Origin: a virus
Length of the DNA stretch: 61,980 nt
Reading direction: 5' to 3' (one strand)
IMG/VR virus record: IMGVR_UViG_3300026290_000012
Coordinates: 1 to 61,980 of that record
Shown here: positions 39,182 to 48,519 of the stretch, in pieces
Layout: the number at the start of each line of letters is the position of its first letter
Numbering within the stretch: position 1 is the first letter of the stretch
Program-made: the position numbers and the translations under genes
The notes under the pieces: generated by a model
Databases searched by the model: none
The model's input: only the letters and a program-made list of their open reading frames with translations
Told to the model about the DNA's origin: nothing

Positions 39182-39607
39182 TCACTCACCACCTTCCACA
39201 AACTTCTTTACAGGTGTTCTCTTCACTTCCACAAGCGCATACTCTACTACTTCAGCATTGTAAGGATACTCTTTGTAAAGAGGAATACTCTGCTTTGTTT
39301 CGTAGTTGTAACCTATGCTCTGTTCAAAGTGTTTCTTCAGGTGACTCGCTTTCATCCAAAGTTTTCCATTATCACTGAAGAAAGGATACAAACCACCATT
39401 TGAATATGCACCATCTTTCTCTACACGGAATACAGTATCGCGCACTTCCTCATAGTATTCACTACCTGAAGATAATAGATTCAAATTGGGATCAAAATGA
39501 CATTGGCCCCACACTTTACCTTTACAACCTACCGCAATACATTCTTCATCCATGTTTCCACACGGTGTAACATCTTCCATGTTACCAATGAAACGATACT
39601 TCTTCAT
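39182..39607 (-). CDS. hypothetical protein (141 aa)
   Basis: AGGTGA RBS and promoter motif upstream. Confidence 0.65.
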   Translation of the reverse strand: MKKYRFIGNMEDVTPCGNMDEECIAVGCKGKVWGQCHFDPNLNLLSSGSEYYEEVRDTVFRVEKDGAYSNGGLYPFFSDNGKLWMKASHLKKHFEQSIGYNYETKQSIPLYKEYPYNAEVVEYALVEVKRTPVKKFVEGGE

Positions 39608-39890
39608 TCATTTTCACCTTACTATATACAGTTACAAGTGTAAGGATAAAAAGATTACGAAAAGAAACGCAAAAGAGGAAAGGGGTAATGTGTATTAGTA
39701 GTGAAATACTAATGTGTTAGTAATTAGTATTTAGATTTCTGTAATGGTCACTACAACCTTCCTATCTAAAAAATCAGGGATAATACTGTCAATAGAATCT
39801 TCACCAACACACCATTGATTATATTTGGTGTTATAATTAACAATGCCTTCAATCACAACTTCAGTAATCATGTAATTCACATCCTAAAAA

Positions 39891-40265
39891 TTAGGATTGC
39901 TCCATCTCCTCTGCAAGTTCAGCTGTTGCAAGTGCGAGCCAATCCAAGAACTCTTCCCTGCAAGGACAATCGTAGGTAAGGTTGGTAAAGAACGTGGTAA
40001 ACCCTTCAATTGTAATGATAAACGATTCATCAACCTGCTCCACCAGATCCATCTCCTCCAGGCGATTCATCATAACCTGCTGTGACTCCTCGCTCTTGAA
40101 ATCATCTGCATCCGCACCAAGCATCTGCTTGCACAGCACCGCATAGATGATTACTGCCCCTACCTCTGTGGGACAATACTGTCCCGATTCTGTGCGCTCA
40201 ACGATTCCAATCCCTTCAAGAAGATCATAGCCTTCCTTTACTTCATCGCTAACGTCAGGTGTCAT
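39891..40265 (-). CDS. highly acidic hypothetical protein with two wHTH-like halves
   Basis: LLEGIGIVERT..YCPTEVG and RLEEMDLVEQV..FIITIEG; TATA-like element upstream. Confidence 0.65.
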   Translation of the reverse strand: MTPDVSDEVKEGYDLLEGIGIVERTESGQYCPTEVGAVIIYAVLCKQMLGADADDFKSEESQQVMMNRLEEMDLVEQVDESFIITIEGFTTFFTNLTYDCPCREEFLDWLALATAELAEEMEQS

Positions 40266-40379
40266 GTTTTCCTTACACCGAATATTATGTCTACGCTTTA
40301 CTATTTATGCGTTGTGTAATGCACTCGTAGGGATAAACGGGTAAGAAGAGAAAGTAAGAGGTAATTGTAAGGTAGGTGA

Positions 40380-40890
40380 GGATACTAATTTAGATTAGGG
40401 TTTCTTGTAAGGACATTCTGCATATATATTATATTATTAATATTAATATTAATATTACTGATTTATTACACGTAATAGAATATCAAAATAGATATGGAAT
40501 AGAATTACGTGTAAGGAGAGGAGAATAGATATATGTTTAATATCATCATTACTGGTTCCTTACAAGAATCGATTACCAGTAAGAATATAGTATAATATAT
40601 TATTATATCTATCATTACAAGAAATAGAATACAAAAAGAAATACAAGTAAGAATATCAGTAAGGATAGTAAGTATATGATCATTATACTATTTCCTTACA
40701 AGAATCTTAATTTCATAATATAAGTACATAATTATGTACAAATGTAAGGAGGAGTATGATTATCAGTAAAACATTTCTGAGCGCGTAGCGCGAAGGCAGT
40801 AGCGAGCGTAGCGCGAGCGTGACTGCACCTGACAAAAAAAAGAAAAACCGGAAAAAAGAAAATGCATTTGTGGGGCAACGTGCCCCACGA
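40380..40890. repeat. second non-coding repeat block
   Basis: CCTTACAAGAATC x2 (40558, 40694); GCGTAGCGCGA x2 (40783, 40806); GTGGGGCA-ACG-TGCCCCAC hairpin (40870-40888). Confidence 0.6.
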
Positions 40891-41122
40891 AGGACCCCTT
40901 ACCCCTAATATATGCAACTCATAGTATATAAATGTTTCGGTCATTAATAATATTCATTATCTTAAATATATTTATTTTGGTATAAAATAGTATAATAATA
41001 TTACTAATAGTAATATGTGTAATGTGTATCATGCATTTTTTCATACAAAATTGATACGTGCCGCACTGGAAATGAAGGTTGTAATGGTAATGATTAAATA
41101 ATTAGTAATCAAAGTATTACAT

Positions 41123-41329
41123 ATGTCAGAAATGTGTCAGTTTGTCTTTACATGCATTAAGGATGGAGTTGTCGAGTATCACTACCTGTATTGCGCTGAT
41201 CTACTTGAAGCAGTTAAGAAGCATGAGATGATTTACGGGTATGAATATCAGGTAAGGAGGGTCGAAGTTCAGGAGGGAAAATCACCCGATAAATTTCAGT
41301 CTAATTTGTGGGACTACATCACCCGCTAG
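41123..41329 (+). CDS. hypothetical protein (68 aa)
   Basis: Isolated plus-strand ORF with plausible composition. Confidence 0.55.
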   Translation: MSEMCQFVFTCIKDGVVEYHYLYCADLLEAVKKHEMIYGYEYQVRRVEVQEGKSPDKFQSNLWDYITR

Positions 41330-41450
41330 AATCAAAAAATTTACCCCTTTCTTTATATAGAAACGTGCTAACTTTGACCCTATCTTTCAAAAAAGGTATA
41401 TTGGTATACCCATGAAAAGTAGGGGTCAAATTTTGCATGTTTTACTCTTC
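41328..41450. repeat. dispersed ~125-bp non-coding repeat, copy 4
   Basis: CTTTATATAGAAACGTGCTAACTTTGACCCTATCTTT resembles copy 2; CAAAAAAGGTATA shared with copy 3; TGTTTTACTC. Confidence 0.72.
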
Positions 41451-41470
41451 AATTTGGGCTTATCTCAAAA

Positions 41471-41710
41471 CTACCATGAGAAGAGTGCAATGAGGAACCA
41501 GATGAATCCTGATAGTGCTTCACTTGCAGCACTTAGTTTCATATTCATGGTAGCGAAAGTGATTGCGAGTGTAAACAGTCCAAGTGAAGTAAAGAGTGCA
41601 GTAAAGATATTTACAGAACCAATGTTGAAGATACAATCATGTAGTTGAGGAAGTAGAGTAATTGAGAATGAAAATCCTACGATACTAATAATCGCGTCTT
41701 GCCATTTCAT
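41471..41710 (-). CDS. PQ-loop/SemiSWEET-like small membrane protein
   Basis: Three hydrophobic helices with LLPQL after helix 1. Confidence 0.6.
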   Translation of the reverse strand: MKWQDAIISIVGFSFSITLLPQLHDCIFNIGSVNIFTALFTSLGLFTLAITFATMNMKLSAASEALSGFIWFLIALFSW

Positions 41711-41852
41711 GTTTGATTACCATAAGTTCCAGGGTTGCTTTGATCTCACGTAACTGTTCATCAGTAGCATCAATGATGAGAATTTTATGTGTTGTATGAC
41801 CTTTACCATTACTATCAGTAATATGGGTGGGTTTGGATATATGGAATAACAT
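41685..41852 (-). CDS. small protein (55 aa; not in ORF track) starting just after tRNA-Gln
   Basis: Manual translation MLFHISKPTHITDSNGKG...; ATG is 2 nt downstream of the tRNA discriminator. Confidence 0.45.
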   Translation of the reverse strand: MLFHISKPTHITDSNGKGHTTHKILIIDATDEQLREIKATLELMVIKHEMARRDY

Positions 41853-41854
41853 AA

Positions 41855-41992
41855 TTCTCCCGGCAGGATTTGAACCTGCGTCACTGGATTTCTTCAGAGT
41901 GTGACAGGAGTTACCGCCCGTTCAGACCAAATTGTGAGTTTTGCCCACACTCTACCAAAGTCCAGTAGGCTTACCGATTACCCTACGGGAGT
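41855..41992 (-). tRNA. tRNA-Gln(UUG) with 65-nt BHB intron (41890-41954) at position 37/38
   Basis: Cloverleaf; T-arm GCAGG-TTCAAAT-CCTGC; BHB central helix CTTT/GAAG, 3-nt bulges GG|T and AA|A, outer helix AGAGTGTG/CACACTCT; no encoded CCA. Confidence 0.92.
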
Positions 41993-41994
41993 GA

Positions 41995-42077
41995 TGCGTC
42001 AAGCAGGACTCGAACCTGCGATCCCCTACGGGAAGAGATTTTAAGTCTCTCGTCGTTTCCATCTTGACTATTGACGC
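41995..42077 (-). tRNA. tRNA-Leu(UAA)
   Basis: GCGTCAA/TTGACGC acceptor stem, AGAGA-CTTAAAA-TCTCT anticodon arm, long variable arm, GCAGG-TTCGAGT-CCTGC. Confidence 0.95.
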
Positions 42078-42178
42078 TCTATTTACTTTATTGCATCTTA
42101 CACCATAAATAGGTTACGTTACGTATCCGTTATACAAATGGAATGATTTAATAGAGATAATTTAAATACGTAATATAT

Positions 42179-42580
42179 ATGATGAGTAATAGTTTATCTG
42201 ACCTTGCATATTGTGCCGGTCTTATGGATGGAGAGGGTTGTATTACACTTATCAGGGATAGTGAATCAAATTATAGATTACGCGTTAAAATAACATCTAC
42301 TGATTATTCTGTTCTCGAATGGTTACAGGAACACTTTGATGGGTATATTCATCTCTCGCGTAAGGAAAGTAAATATAATAAAGAAGCGTGGGATTGGGTA
42401 TGCAAGGTTGAAGATCAGGTTGTGTTTTTATTCGGGATTCTTCCTTACACTATTATCAAGCGCGCACAGATCATTGAGGCGTTGAATTATCATTTTGAGA
42501 AACAGAATGGTGGTAAGTTAACTGAAGATGAATATAAGTTACGTAGTGCATATTACGAAAGATTAAAAACATTGAAATAA
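42179..42580 (+). CDS. free-standing LAGLIDADG homing endonuclease
   Basis: LAYCAGLMDGEGCI motif, single-motif size, PYTIIKRAQ. Confidence 0.88.
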   Translation: MMSNSLSDLAYCAGLMDGEGCITLIRDSESNYRLRVKITSTDYSVLEWLQEHFDGYIHLSRKESKYNKEAWDWVCKVEDQVVFLFGILPYTIIKRAQIIEALNYHFEKQNGGKLTEDEYKLRSAYYERLKTLK

Positions 42581-42620
42581 CCCCAATTTACTCTTCTTTT
42601 TTTCTTGACTTTTATACTTG

Positions 42621-42636
42621 ACCGAAAGGTTTAAAT
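42621..42636 (+). promoter_or_regulatory. archaeal promoter of the structural operon
   Basis: CCGAAAGG (BRE) directly followed by TTTAAATA (TATA). Confidence 0.7.
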
Positions 42637-42740
42637 AGTAGTAATAAAATACGTATATTATATTATATCTGTTTGTTAAACGGGTATAATAAACTATACT
42701 ATACTATAGTTTATTTTTTTGAATAGAGGGGTGAATTAAA

Positions 42741-43871
42741 ATCGTTTCTGAACGTTTGTTTTTGGATGGACCTGTTTTCCCAATTGCACAGAAGAACAGA
42801 AATGGATGGGGTGTTCCCCTCGATTCTGTTGATTCTGCTATTTCTTCATTAAAAACATCCGTTGTCCGAATTTGCCCCTCTATTTTTGGAGAGAGTGAAC
42901 ATCACTGTGATCTTTCGGGTAGTAGGAAAGATGAAATTGGTAAAGTTGTTGATGCTTACCTTGATAATAATGAGGTAAGAGCAGTTGTAGAAATTACTGA
43001 TTCAGCCGCTATACAGAAATTAAGTGATGGAACGTGGCAACCTACGTGGTCTGTGTTTGGTAGTGGACAGCGTGATTCTGACGGATGGGTTCATGGTTAT
43101 ACCAATGAATCGTTAACCTTTGTTAAGAATCCTGCCTGGGAGAACGCGAAAGGTGAAATAATCTTTTCTGCAAGTGAAGATGAACAATTAGAAGTTAAAA
43201 ATTTAAAATCTTACATTACGCTTGGGTTGAACCAGGATAAAGAAGATTTAAGTAAATATTACGCTTCTATTTTAAATTCTGATGATTTCCTTACAGATAA
43301 TCCATCTTCTACTATAATTGATAATATTAAAGGTGAAACTATGACTGATACTGTTGAAAACACTTCTACTGAGAGTGTTAAAAACATTCCTACTGATACT
43401 GTTGAAAGCACTCCTACTGAGGGTGTGGATTTTGAGAAGGTAATTGCCTCGAAGGATGAGGAAATTGCTAAACTTAAAGAGCAGATTAAAACAATGGAGA
43501 AGGTCCAGGCTGCTGCTATTACCCCTGAGACGTTTGAGACTGTTGTTGCATCGCGTATTGATACTGCACTCAAGGCAGAGCGTGAGCGCATTGAGAAGGA
43601 ACATGCACTTACTGATTACAAGAATTTGTGTGCCTCGCTTGAGATTGCGCCCGAAGTTGAGCGTTTCCAGAGTGAGAAGTTTACCGCTTCTGATGTGCGT
43701 ATGCACATTGAACTTCTGAATAAGGTTGCAGGTAAGCGTGAGAATGTTGAAGCGGGTGCTCCTATGTATACGCCTACTCCTGAAAAGAAGGGCGAGACTC
43801 CTGAATCGTTCCAGAATGAATCTGGTTGGACTGTCGGTTATTTCCGTGATGGTCAGTGGTTCACGGAGTAA
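42741..43871 (+). CDS. prohead protease-scaffold fusion
   Basis: N-terminal protease-like domain (KNRNGW..H..IGKV..WSV..LTFVKNPAWE), acidic linker, coiled-coil C-terminus; upstream of capsid genes. Start uncertain (ATC 42741 or TTG 42756). Confidence 0.7.
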   Translation: MVSERLFLDGPVFPIAQKNRNGWGVPLDSVDSAISSLKTSVVRICPSIFGESEHHCDLSGSRKDEIGKVVDAYLDNNEVRAVVEITDSAAIQKLSDGTWQPTWSVFGSGQRDSDGWVHGYTNESLTFVKNPAWENAKGEIIFSASEDEQLEVKNLKSYITLGLNQDKEDLSKYYASILNSDDFLTDNPSSTIIDNIKGETMTDTVENTSTESVKNIPTDTVESTPTEGVDFEKVIASKDEEIAKLKEQIKTMEKVQAAAITPETFETVVASRIDTALKAERERIEKEHALTDYKNLCASLEIAPEVERFQSEKFTASDVRMHIELLNKVAGKRENVEAGAPMYTPTPEKKGETPESFQNESGWTVGYFRDGQWFTE

Positions 43872-43895
43872 AATAATAATTTGAGGTGAATTTTT

Positions 43896-44840
43896 ATGGG
43901 ATATTATGGTTTTGTTGAGCCGGATAATAAGGTTATTGCTTACGCTCCTAATACTATTCTGATTCAGGAAGAGAAGGCAGAAGAAGCAACCATTAAGCCG
44001 GGCATGGTTGTAATGAAAGGCACGAATGACGATGATGTTGTTGCGTGTGATGGTGTTACGAAGGCACCGTTTGGTGTTGCAGGTTACGAGCAGTCTTTCT
44101 TAGGTGCTGCATCGTCTACGTCTAATCGTCCTGCCAATGTTGATACCGCTTACGCTAAGGACGCGCGTGTTCCTGTTCTTGGTGGTGGTGGTTTCGTTGC
44201 TATGTTACATCTCGCTCCTGGTGTTGGCACTGTGAAGGGCGATCTGCTCGCATCGTGGGGTGGTGGCACTGTTGTACCTGTTGTGCCTATGCCCGGAGGG
44301 TATGGTGTCAGGATTCCGTTTACTAAGAATGCTTCTGAGACTGATACTGGTGTTGATCTCCCGGAAGGAATTATTGTTTCTGATGTCATTGTTGAGGTGA
44401 CTAAGGAAGTTGCCCTTGCTACTATTGACGTTGGGATCCTGTCTACTGAAGATTCATCCGGCCCCGGCACTGATGGATTCCTTGATGGTGAATCGTGTGC
44501 TGATCTTGGATTCGTGAAGCATAATACTGTTGCTACCGCTGCCGGCGCTTCTCTTACGCTTGGTGACTATTTCAAGGAAGCAGATATTATCGACGCTACC
44601 TCTGCCGCTGCTCAGACTTATAGAGTTCCTAATTATCATGTTGTTGGTAGTGGTCAGGTTTCGGTTTCGTATAAAACTTCTGATAGTACCGATCTTGCAG
44701 GTAACTTCTACATGGTGTGTTCTGCTCCTGGCTTCCAGATTGTAGGACGTGCAGAAGAGACTCTTGCACCTGTTACTGAAAAAGTTGATAATGCTGATGT
44801 GTTTGTCAGTCAGGACGTTATGGCTAGGGTGTATATTTAA
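43896..44840 (+). CDS. putative capsid decoration/cement protein
   Basis: IKPGMVVMKG..GVAGY beta-tulip-like N-terminus; lies between scaffold and MCP. Confidence 0.55.
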   Translation: MGYYGFVEPDNKVIAYAPNTILIQEEKAEEATIKPGMVVMKGTNDDDVVACDGVTKAPFGVAGYEQSFLGAASSTSNRPANVDTAYAKDARVPVLGGGGFVAMLHLAPGVGTVKGDLLASWGGGTVVPVVPMPGGYGVRIPFTKNASETDTGVDLPEGIIVSDVIVEVTKEVALATIDVGILSTEDSSGPGTDGFLDGESCADLGFVKHNTVATAAGASLTLGDYFKEADIIDATSAAAQTYRVPNYHVVGSGQVSVSYKTSDSTDLAGNFYMVCSAPGFQIVGRAEETLAPVTEKVDNADVFVSQDVMARVYI

Positions 44841-44863
44841 ACTATTTTTGAGGTGACTATAAA

Positions 44864-45712
44864 ATGACTTTTCCCGTTGAATATTACAGACAGATAAAGG
44901 ATGCTATCGTTTTTACCGCGCGTAAACAGGCAGTAGCACGTAAGATTATTAATACTCGTAACATTTCCGGTGGTATTGGCGTTCAACAGTGGACGTATGA
45001 CACGGCAAATGAAGTTTCGGATGCTCTGCTGACGTATCAGTTTACGGACACCGCTGAGGATTGGATTGAACTTACTCGCACCGATGTGCCTATTCCGCTT
45101 CTGCATAAGGAGTATCGTATCTCGCGTAGGGATCTCGCTGCTGCTGCTCGTGGTGGATTTGGCATTTCGACCGCTACTGTTTCAAGTGCTGCTTACAAGG
45201 TTATGAATCTTGAGAATCAGTTAATTCTCAATGGTTTCGCTGCCGATGGAACTAACTATGATATCAAGGGACTTTATCAGAGTGCAGGTAACTCTTATAC
45301 CACGGAGAAGGATTTTGGAACTGCCGGGAAGCCGTTGGAGGCTGTTGCAAGTGCCATTGATCTGATGCAGGCTGATAACATTACTGGTCCGTATAATCTT
45401 GTGCTTAACCCCACTCAGTATATGGAACTTGCAACGTCTATTCTCGGTTCTGGTGCGGGTGAACGTGAAATAGCAATGGTCAAGGAGATTCTTGAGGGTG
45501 GAAATATTTACTCTACGTCCTTCCAGCCTGCTGGAACGGGTATGCTTCTTGCTGATGCTTCTGCCGGTTTCTTTGAAATGATTGTTGCACAGGACATGAC
45601 TACCGAAACTGAAGTGCTCCAGAAGTCTAAGGATCTGTGGGGTAGAGTTTACGAGTGTGTGATTCCTGTTGTCTATGATGCAAATGCGATTTGTAAATTA
45701 ACCAAGATTTGA
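44864..45712 (+). CDS. major capsid protein, HK97 fold, encapsulin/linocin-M18-like
   Basis: ARKIIN, PIPLLHKEYRISRRDL, ENQLILNG, GPYNLVLNP; 282 aa. Confidence 0.85.
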   Translation: MTFPVEYYRQIKDAIVFTARKQAVARKIINTRNISGGIGVQQWTYDTANEVSDALLTYQFTDTAEDWIELTRTDVPIPLLHKEYRISRRDLAAAARGGFGISTATVSSAAYKVMNLENQLILNGFAADGTNYDIKGLYQSAGNSYTTEKDFGTAGKPLEAVASAIDLMQADNITGPYNLVLNPTQYMELATSILGSGAGEREIAMVKEILEGGNIYSTSFQPAGTGMLLADASAGFFEMIVAQDMTTETEVLQKSKDLWGRVYECVIPVVYDANAICKLTKI

Positions 45713-45727
45713 GGTTGGTGATTTACA

Positions 45728-46117
45728 ATGTCTTGGAGTAATATTGCAGAACTGCGTGGATTGGTAGAGACTGAAATACCAGATTCTACCCTCCAAGATA
45801 TTCTTGATATTGCACAGAGATACATTGAATCACGCATTGGCGTTCAATTAAACCCTACATATGAAATCCAATCGGCTCATCTTTTTAAATCAGCCGCACT
45901 CACTCTAAAGCGAATGAAAACAAACGGTGAATTGCCGTATATGTCAAAGTTGGGGTCAGCCCAACAGTATAATGAGATTGACGATATAATCAAAATGTAT
46001 GAAGCAGAAACGTCAGCATTAATTCGCAAATCAATATTCAGTGTTCAGAAAGCCTCAACTGGATTACCATATATCCGTTCAAGATGTAAATACGTTGAGG
46101 ATGAAGAAAATGGGTAG
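45728..46117 (+). CDS. head-tail adaptor
   Basis: Position after MCP; helical pattern IPDSTLQDILDIAQRYIESR. Confidence 0.6.
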   Translation: MSWSNIAELRGLVETEIPDSTLQDILDIAQRYIESRIGVQLNPTYEIQSAHLFKSAALTLKRMKTNGELPYMSKLGSAQQYNEIDDIIKMYEAETSALIRKSIFSVQKASTGLPYIRSRCKYVEDEENG

Positions 46118-46367
46118 CACAGAATCATGCGAGTTACAGCATTGTCGTTTACGGACTGATATTTTATGTGAAGTTCAGCGTAGGGAAGAGAAGCAGGATG
46201 AACGATTTTACGCCCTTATTGATGAATTGAGATTGGATTGGAAGGAGACAAAGAAAGAGGTAATATTAATTAAAGATACGATGATACAGGGTTTTATAGC
46301 GTTGATTGTTGCTGTTATTGGTGTTTATGTTTCTTACCTCTTGTTAAATGTTAATGGATTTTTTTAA
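46101..46367 (+). CDS. small coiled-coil protein with C-terminal transmembrane helix
   Basis: Start taken at ATG 46101/46110; hydrophobic FIALIVAVIGVYVSYLLL. Confidence 0.55.
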   Translation: MKKMGSTESCELQHCRLRTDILCEVQRREEKQDERFYALIDELRLDWKETKKEVILIKDTMIQGFIALIVAVIGVYVSYLLLNVNGFF

Positions 46368-46376
46368 GGTGGTTTT

Positions 46377-46757
46377 ATGCAACAGAGTGGGTTTAAAATG
46401 AATAATATATTAAAGAAATTAGGCGCTTATTGCACCTTTCTTATTCAGGATTCTACAACTCCCTCTGACACTTTTTATCAAGAATCAACCACCATATATA
46501 AAGAAGTAAAATATTGGGCTGTTGTTCTCCCTGCCCGCGCATATGACTTACATTCTAATGTATTTGGACGTTTAGATCGTACTGGAGTTGAACAATTTGG
46601 TATCATTAACATTTTTATCAATATTCAGGATGGTGATACCATTGTTCTAAACCGTGATTACTACGTTGATAACGTTGGTAAATACCAGATTGTAGGAAAA
46701 GAGATTTTTGGAACATCATACTACTTACTTGAAGCACACCTGGAGTCTGCACTATGA
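46377..46757 (+). CDS. putative head-closure (stopper) protein
   Basis: Neck-module position; beta-rich. Confidence 0.5.
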   Translation: MQQSGFKMNNILKKLGAYCTFLIQDSTTPSDTFYQESTTIYKEVKYWAVVLPARAYDLHSNVFGRLDRTGVEQFGIINIFINIQDGDTIVLNRDYYVDNVGKYQIVGKEIFGTSYYLLEAHLESAL

Positions 46758-47176
46758 AAACAATGGTGCAAGGTGTAGAGGAAACTAATCTAAAGTTAAG
46801 TCAGATTCTTGCTGCTGTGCAGGAGAATATAGATAATACGCTTGATCTCTTTAGTGCTGATATGACAAAGGAGATTAAAGATTCTGCACCATATGATACA
46901 GGTCGCTACATGAGTTCTTGGTTCTATGAACGTAAAGAAGCGTTGAAGTATGCAATCGTAAGTCAAAATTCATACGTTCTTTACAATACGGTTCTTGTGT
47001 TTGGCACAGAGAAATTCAAACCGATTGCCAATGAATCGAGATATAAGTATTCTGATTCTGAACGTGGTATTATTCATGATGTAAGACAGATTAAGTTTAT
47101 CTATAGTATTAAACTTGGTCAGTTAATTAAGCGTGTGAACTTACTTAATGCAAATATATCATTAGCGGGGTTATAA
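46754..47176 (+). CDS. HK97 gp10-like neck protein
   Basis: IKDSAPYDTGRYMSSW motif. Confidence 0.7.
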   Translation: MKTMVQGVEETNLKLSQILAAVQENIDNTLDLFSADMTKEIKDSAPYDTGRYMSSWFYERKEALKYAIVSQNSYVLYNTVLVFGTEKFKPIANESRYKYSDSERGIIHDVRQIKFIYSIKLGQLIKRVNLLNANISLAGL

Positions 47177-47574
47177 TGGATATAGATGGTGTTTTAAAAG
47201 AGATTGCTGAGTTCATCGAAGAGAAGATTCCTGAACTTGATTCTAAGGTTACTACCATTTATCCCGAATCGGAAAGATTCGCTCCCCCTACTGTTGTAAT
47301 AGACATTGTAGCGGGGAGAGAAACCCTAATCATCGATGGAACAAAGACACATGAGTTAGTGCGTGTTGCAATCATTTCTGATAAGAAGAGTGAGATCAAT
47401 CGTATTTTTAATCTTATTACCGATGCATTTTTAAATCATGGTCGGGAGTTAAAGACGGGCATTTACAAAGGCATAAGTTATATTTCTCCCGTTGCTCCCG
47501 CATTTGTTGAAAAGAATAGTGCAATGAAACGTGAATTAGACATTGTTGTAATTGAATTTAGAAAGAGAAGGTGA
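47176..47574 (+). CDS. putative tail terminator
   Basis: Position before tail tube; FAPPTVVI. Confidence 0.5.
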   Translation: MDIDGVLKEIAEFIEEKIPELDSKVTTIYPESERFAPPTVVIDIVAGRETLIIDGTKTHELVRVAIISDKKSEINRIFNLITDAFLNHGRELKTGIYKGISYISPVAPAFVEKNSAMKRELDIVVIEFRKRR

Positions 47575-47579
47575 AAATT

Positions 47580-48500
47580 ATGGGACAGAACGCAGGTTAT
47601 ACTACAACTGTTGAATATGTTAAAGAAACCAAATTTGGTACGTTACCTACGAATCCTGAAATGGAATGGATTGGTATTGTTACTGATGCTAAGTTTACGG
47701 ATAAACCGAAATCGTTTTCCACGCGGTATTTTACTGATGCTGCCTACACTGATCCGAAGTCTGCTGCCTACAAGCACATTAAGACTGTGATGGAAGCAGG
47801 CGTAGAGATTGAGTATGTGCCACAGGGCATTTTAGATGGGTTCTTAGGATTTGCACTTGGTAGTGATACTTCTTGCACTGGTCTTGTAGATGGTATTAAT
47901 TCCGTTACGATTGGTGCAATTATTACGGGTGGAACAAATAAGTATCTTCTCTACAAGGGTTGTGTCGTAGATGAGTTTACGCTCACCATTCCTGAAGATG
48001 ATGTGCTGAAGTGTTCTGCTAAGTTAACTGCTGCTGATGCTGCCGCACCTTCCGCTACTAATTATACGGGAACGGGTAGTAATGCAACGGAGAGCACCGA
48101 TGCAATGCTTACGTGTGATGATATTAGTGATATTAAGTTAAGCACAGACAATGGCAAAACCTGGGTTAATGCTACTGATATTGTGCGTGAGATTGAGTTG
48201 TCTATCTCGAATAAGAATGTCTATCTCAAGGATCTTGCCTCTGCTAACAGCACTCATATTGCAGGTGTTGTAAACGTGGGTAAGGACGTTAAACTTGGTC
48301 TTGAACTGTATTATGATGATCTTGACCTTCTTACACAGGTTCGGGCTCTTACACAGTGTGGATTTAAGTTTACGTGTGATGACAAGACTTTCACGCTTAC
48401 GGGTGTTCAGTTCCCCGAGTATCCCCTTGATGTCAAGCCTGATGAGGTTATTGGGGATAAATTGGAATCGCTGCAAGTTACCGGGCTTACAATAGCCTAA
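47580..48500 (+). CDS. major tail tube protein
   Basis: YVKETKFGTLP, GCVVDEFTLTIPE, IELSISN; precedes chaperones and TMP. Confidence 0.75.
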   Translation: MGQNAGYTTTVEYVKETKFGTLPTNPEMEWIGIVTDAKFTDKPKSFSTRYFTDAAYTDPKSAAYKHIKTVMEAGVEIEYVPQGILDGFLGFALGSDTSCTGLVDGINSVTIGAIITGGTNKYLLYKGCVVDEFTLTIPEDDVLKCSAKLTAADAAAPSATNYTGTGSNATESTDAMLTCDDISDIKLSTDNGKTWVNATDIVREIELSISNKNVYLKDLASANSTHIAGVVNVGKDVKLGLELYYDDLDLLTQVRALTQCGFKFTCDDKTFTLTGVQFPEYPLDVKPDEVIGDKLESLQVTGLTIA

Positions 48501-48519
48501 ATATTTTTTACTGATTATT

